A stretch of DNA of 64,000 bases from Calditrichia bacterium (lineage in GTDB: Bacteria > Calditrichota > Calditrichia > JAJRVZ01). Below the pieces are notes generated by a model. It saw nothing but the letters and a program-made list of their open reading frames with translations, was not told the DNA's origin and did no database searches. The position numbers and the translations under genes were made by a program. This document shows, piece after piece, positions 59,094 to 64,000 of the stretch (its first letter is position 1; every line of letters starts with the position of its first letter). Location of the stretch: positions 194,167 to 258,166 of the forward strand of contig CAWCNS010000007.1 of the NCBI GenBank assembly GCA_963796965.1, given 5' to 3'.

Positions 59094-60137
59094 ATGACAA
59101 GCAAAAAATATAAATTGACATCATTAGCTTCCTGTGCAGGCTGAGCAAGCAAGTTAGATCCGGCGTTGCTGGGTGAGGCTCTTAAAAATATTTCATTTCC
59201 GACTTCTGACAATGTTCTTGTTGATAGTTCAAATGCCGATGATGCAGGTGTAATTAAAATCAATGATGACCTAGCGTTGGTTCAAACAACCGATTTTTTT
59301 ACACCAGTTGTAGATGATCCCTATCTTTTTGGACAAATAGCTGCAGCGAATGCATTGAGTGATATTTATGCCATGGGTGCTAAACCCTTGTCTGCTTTGA
59401 ATTTAATATGTTTTCCTGATAATCAGCTAGACATTGAAGCATTTCGACTGATTATTGAAGGTGGGGCTGAAAAGGTTCGTGAAGCAGATGCCGTAATTCT
59501 GGGAGGACATTCTGTCTCTGACAAGGAATTGAAATATGGCCTTGCTCTAAATGGAACGATTCATCCGAATGCCATAAGGGTAAACCATAACCTTCGAATT
59601 GGTGATCTTCTAATCCTAACAAAACCCATTGGCACTGGGATACTCACAACAGCATTAAAGAATGAGATCCTCGAAGAATCAGATATTAAGAATGTTATAG
59701 ATAGTATGCTATTACTCAACAAAGAGCCGGCAAGAATTTTGGATGATTATATCACTTCAGCATGTACGGATGTTACAGGATATGGACTTATAGGGCATCT
59801 TTGGGAAATGCTCAATGGATTAGAATGTGGTGTAAATCTATATGTTGATAAAATTCCATTTTTTGAAAGGGCCATTCAATATGCCAGGGAATCAAATTAC
59901 ATCCCCGGCGGCACTTTGGCCAATATAAAATATAACATAGATCATGTCGAAATGGGGGCGTTTGAGAGCTGGTACCAAAATATACTGTTTGACCCGCAGA
60001 CATCAGGTGGACTCTTGATTAGTATGCCCGAAGGGCAGGTTGACCAATTTTTAGAAAGATTTGTAGATTATCCGTTACCGGTAGCGGTCATTGGTGAAGT
60101 TGTAGATTCCGCGAATAAAATATTTCTAAGGGAGTAG
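59094..60137 (+). CDS. selD: Selenide, water dikinase (selenophosphate synthetase), selenocysteine-containing (in-frame TGA at 59142-59144)
   Basis: ATG at 59094; the 17th codon is TGA within ..LASCAG-U-ASK.., aligning with the catalytic Cys/Sec17 of SelD (E. coli HGAGCGCK). The frame continues into the 59166 ORF (FFTPVVDDPYLFGQIAAANALSDIYAMGAKP). Total 347 aa. Confidence 0.75.
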
Positions 60138-60258
60138 TCTTTCTAAACAATTGCTATAGATCAAGGTGAATAGATACAAGGTACTCTGTTTATATATTAT
60201 GTTGATATGGGATAGGCGATACGGGATTAGTTAATAAAAACACCGACAACTGATAAGA

Positions 60259-60690
60259 TTACGAATCAGGTTTTTGTATTTGTTTTAAGATTATAAATTT
60301 GTTCTGATATAGGGATTGTATAAATTGCCCAAGCCTGTCATTAACCGGTTTAACCTCATCTCCGAATTTGGATGCCATCCTATCTGCAATTTGCTCAATA
60401 GATCTAACACCGTCTATATTCTTCCAAACAAAACTACCGATCTCATCAAGATTAATCTTAAATTCAGGCCTTTTTAAGTAGGGTAGAAGGTATTTAACCA
60501 GATATTTGTTTTTAAATTTTGGTTTCCTAAGTGTCACACAACCGGTCTCGTCACTTATTTCCCAGGCTAAGATCTGCTCGGGAACATAGCCTAAAAACTC
60601 TTCCATTTCTTTACTCAAAATTAATTCTTTCCTATTACAGCTATTTAATTGTAGTTGTAATTTGAGGGATTCTAAACAATTTCCATACAA
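60259..60690 (-). CDS. PqqD-family (RiPP-recognition-element-like) small protein
   Basis: C-terminal half INLDEIGSFVWKNIDGVRSIEQIADRMASKFGDEV..RLGQFIQSLYQNKFI matches the PqqD fold pattern (LNetgafiWelldG.rtv.eI...l...y.v...v..fl..L...gll). Confidence 0.55.
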   Translation of the reverse strand: MYGNCLESLKLQLQLNSCNRKELILSKEMEEFLGYVPEQILAWEISDETGCVTLRKPKFKNKYLVKYLLPYLKRPEFKINLDEIGSFVWKNIDGVRSIEQIADRMASKFGDEVKPVNDRLGQFIQSLYQNKFIILKQIQKPDS

Positions 60691-60760
60691 AAAAAGTGTA
60701 CAGAGATTTTAATAAAAACTCTGTACACTCCAGTTTTGATGCTGATTTATAAAAACGATT

Positions 60761-62678
60761 TTATTCTCGTGCCTTCTTCAAGGGCAGTTGAATTAAAAGA
60801 TAAAAGAGCCCGATAAAGGCTAAGATACCCAAATAGGGTGTGGGTGAAAATAAGGACAAACTTGTAAGGCTAAAACTACCTTCACTGAGACTCACTCCGG
60901 CAACAATAAAGGCCAGAATTACAGCCGTTAAAGATTCGCCTGCAATAAGCCCTGAGGATATGAGAACGCCTGTGTTTGCGGCCTTTGTTTTGGCTTCATC
61001 TGAAGCATTTTCCTTATCCAATACTTTCTCAAGGGTCCATTTTATAATCCCACCAACAAAAATTGCAGCGGTGGAATGAAATGGAAGGTACATGCCTACG
61101 GCGACCAGCATAGGTGAGGGTGCTTTAACCAAAATCAGACCAAATGCCAAGAACATTCCTGCAATAACTAAAGGCCAGGCCATATCACCACCGACAATTC
61201 CTCTTGCCATTAAGGCCATCAATCCTGCCTGTGGAGCAGGCAAAGCTTCACTTCCTATTTCATAGACCTGGTCAAGTACGATCATTGCCCAGATCAGAAC
61301 CAAAGCAGCAGCCGTTACGCCTATAATTTCGCCTACTTGCATTCGCCAGGGTGTACCACCTAATATATGTCCGACCTTAAGATCCTGCATCATATCACCG
61401 GCAATACCGGCCGCACAGCAGACTACTCCTGCTACCCCTAAAACAGCCATTATGCCCTGATTTCCTGTTACGCCTATACCAACCATGAGTAGGGCTGCGA
61501 TGAGAAGTGAGGAGAGTGTCAGGCCACTGATTGGATTATTAGAACTACCAACCAGTCCGACAAGGTATCCTGCAACAGCTGCAAATAAAAATCCTAAAAT
61601 GATCATGACGACCGTGAGTAAGATTGATCCTCCAATTGATCCGCTGAAATAATGATATAAAATAAAGAGGGGTATCGCAATGCCGGCTATTGCAAGCATA
61701 ACTTTTTTAAAGTCCAGATCGATATCCAGTCTGCTCACAGATTTGTCACCGCCACTTTTCGCAGCAGCGATATCACCCAGGGCTTTCTTGATACCGGTAA
61801 TAAGTGAATTACGTAAATTATAGAGGGTATAAAAAGCGGCAACAATCATCGTTCCTACGGCGAGAGGCCTCACCTGACGCATCCATACTTCTAAACTAAC
61901 ATCTATCCATGAACTGCCTGTGGCAACAAGCGCGCTTAATTCAGGATTTAGAAAAACAAAAGCCGGCACTAGAAAAAGCCAACCTGATACGGCGCCGGCA
62001 AAGAGAACTGCTGATACACGCATTCCTACAATAAAGCCCACACCAACTAAGGCCGGTGAAGCTGCTGGAGATTCGAAAAGAAAGCCGCCGCCATAATCAA
62101 TATCTTTTCCAAGCATATTTATTTTTGATGAACTCATGGGGAAAAAATCACGGACATAATCTTTAACCATATATATGCCGTTTGAATTTTTAAATAATTC
62201 CCAGAGAGCTGCCAGGCCCATTGCACTAAATACATAAACGGCACCTGTCTGCCCACCTTGACCGGCTTTTACAATTTCCGCGGCTGCAACACTTTCAGGA
62301 AATGGTAAGATCGGCTTCTTCAACTAGAGATCGGCGTAAAATTATAACAAATAGCACACCAAGCACACCACCAATTAACATGATTGCGGTACTTTCCCAG
62401 TAGTGTAATTCATCCCAAACTCCACTAATAACAAAGGCGGGAATGGTAAATATGGCCCCGGCAATCAATGCTTCACCAACCGAAGCAGTGGTTCTTGCCA
62501 GATTTTCTTCTAAAACTGTGCCATTAAAGAGACGAAGTGCAGCCATGGCAACAACGGCAGCAGGAAAGGTTGCCGCTACAGTTAGCCCTGCCTTCATTCC
62601 AAGATATGCATTTGCAGCACCCAAAACGACAGCCATGATTATACCCAGAATAATAGCTTTTGAGGGATAATTCCTTCA
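60761..62678 (-). CDS. OPT-family oligopeptide transporter, at least 2 frame changes (~62300, ~62650)
   Basis: MKELSLK... (out of frame), then AVVLGAANAYLGMKAGLTVAATFPAAVV and a 16-TM OPT architecture. Confidence 0.7.
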
Positions 62679-63010
62679 TGTCGGAATCAGCCGGAACAAA
62701 AGGTTTAAATTGACGATTTCTCCATCTGTGCTCCTGATATTTATTATTTAAATAAATGATGAGTTTTTGGCAGGAAAATTGCTTAGAAACTACTTTTTAA
62801 CCTAAAAAAAGTCAAGTTTTATTTGGACTTGAGGAATTGTATCAAACCAGCAGAGAGGATCGCAGAGAATGTCAGCCCCTTAAAGAGTGGATCTCTAATC
62901 ATTAATAAATACAATTGTTTACATCTATTAATCACCCTTGAATTCAATTTGCAATAAGTTTAAAGATTGATTAAGTTAAGTCTGATTTTTTAAAGGGCTT
63001 TACACAAAAA

Positions 63011-63745
63011 ATGCGGTTTCGCCTTCAGGTAGAATATGACGGGTCAGCCTATTCTGGTTGGCAAGTACAAAATGGTCAGGTGACAATTCAAGGAGAAATT
63101 GAAAAAGCATTAACGACCATTTTTGGCATCAAATTGGAATTATTGGTGCGGGGCGAACTGATAGTGGTGTACATGCTCGCGGCCAGGTCGCCCATTTTGA
63201 TTCTGAAAGTGATATTGAAACATCCGGAAAATCCTGCGTTCTCTGAACGGGATCTTGAATAAAGATATTCGAATAACTGATAATTCAATCTGTAGATCCC
63301 GAATTTTCATGCCCGCTATAATGCTAAAATTACGTGTCTATCGGTATTACATCTCTCAAAAACCGATTGCATTATTATAGAAATTATTCTTGGCAAGTTT
63401 ATTGGGGACTAAATCTTTCATATATGAATGATGCCTGCCAAATGGATCGCCGGATGTCATGATTTTAAAAGTTTTTGTCGCGAATTATCTGAGGTAGAAA
63501 ATCACTTTTGCACCGTCCGTCTTGCCCAATGGGAGATGCAAGATGACATGATTGTTTTTCAATTGAAGCAAACCGTTTTCTTCATGGTATGGTTCGGGCA
63601 CTGGTAGGGACATGGTTGATATCGGCAGGGGCACCGTAAATCTGATGATATTATTAAAATTATTGAAGCAAAAAACCGCATCTTTGCAGGGCCTTCAGCA
63701 CCCGCGAGGGTTTGGTGCTGGAAAAAGTACATTATTAAGCAATAG
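63011..63745 (+). CDS. truA: tRNA pseudouridine(38-40) synthase, multiple frame changes
   Basis: [20 protein letters not shown]...; [21 protein letters not shown] is readable in a shifted frame. Confidence 0.65.
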
Positions 63746-63762
63746 AATGGAAGGAGTCTTTA

Positions 63763-64000
63763 ATGAAAATTTTTATTGATACAGCAAATATAGATGAAAT
63801 AAAAGAGGCGGCAAGTCTTGGTGTTCTCGATGGCGTTACTACAAATCCGACCCTGATATCCAGGGAAGAAGGACATCCGATGAAATTCTCAAGGAAATCT
63901 GTCAGATCGTTGATGGTCCGATCAGTGCCGAAGTCGTTGCTCTCGATTCGCCGGGTATGATTAAAGAGGGGACAGTTCTAGCGAAAATTCATAACAATAT
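63763..64000 (+). CDS. tal: Transaldolase / fructose-6-phosphate aldolase family, partial, frame change ~63880
   Basis: [33 protein letters not shown]; continuation ..[22 protein letters not shown].. is in a shifted frame; runs off the window. Confidence 0.7.

Overview
This 64 kb window appears to come from a low-GC bacterial chromosome, lineage not determinable here. It reads as a draft-quality assembly with many indel-type frame changes.

Contents in order:
- A sensory/signalling block (1..6632): a membrane class III nucleotidyl cyclase, a Hanks-type Ser/Thr kinase with periplasmic TolB-N-like and TPR parts, an IS1182-like insertion sequence with roughly 40 bp hairpin-bearing terminal inverted repeats, and a small secreted protein.
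- A czcCBA-like heavy-metal RND efflux operon (7671..13513) shredded by at least 15 frame changes.
- An operon on the minus strand (13562..15960): an HTH + PTS-EIIA(type 2) regulator followed by a ClC chloride channel with CBS domains.
- Divergent from that operon, a same-strand string of interrupted ORFs with class I/II PLP-aminotransferase motifs (16414..20232), then an intact 882-aa protein carrying an HPr-kinase/phosphorylase-like P-loop core (20422..23070). This is the most unusual locus.
- tRNA-Tyr, an intact HAE1-type RND pump (membrane fusion protein plus permease), a GNAT acetyltransferase, a methyltransferase, a GxxExxY protein, galE, a sulfatase, thrB-thrC, an AsmA-like giant protein, two Tat-signal xylose-isomerase-fold proteins, a PfkB kinase and a GH2/PA14 glycosidase.
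- tRNA-Val, then thrS-infC-rpmI-rplT-pheS-pheT-zapB-like-zapA, a candidate 6S RNA, rny, folD, a DUF58 protein, a selenocysteine (UGA)-containing selD, an orphan PqqD-like protein, an OPT transporter, truA and tal.

Essential genes (thrS, pheT, rny, truA) also carry frame changes, two of them at C5 homopolymers. Many apparent pseudogenes may therefore be sequencing artefacts rather than gene decay.
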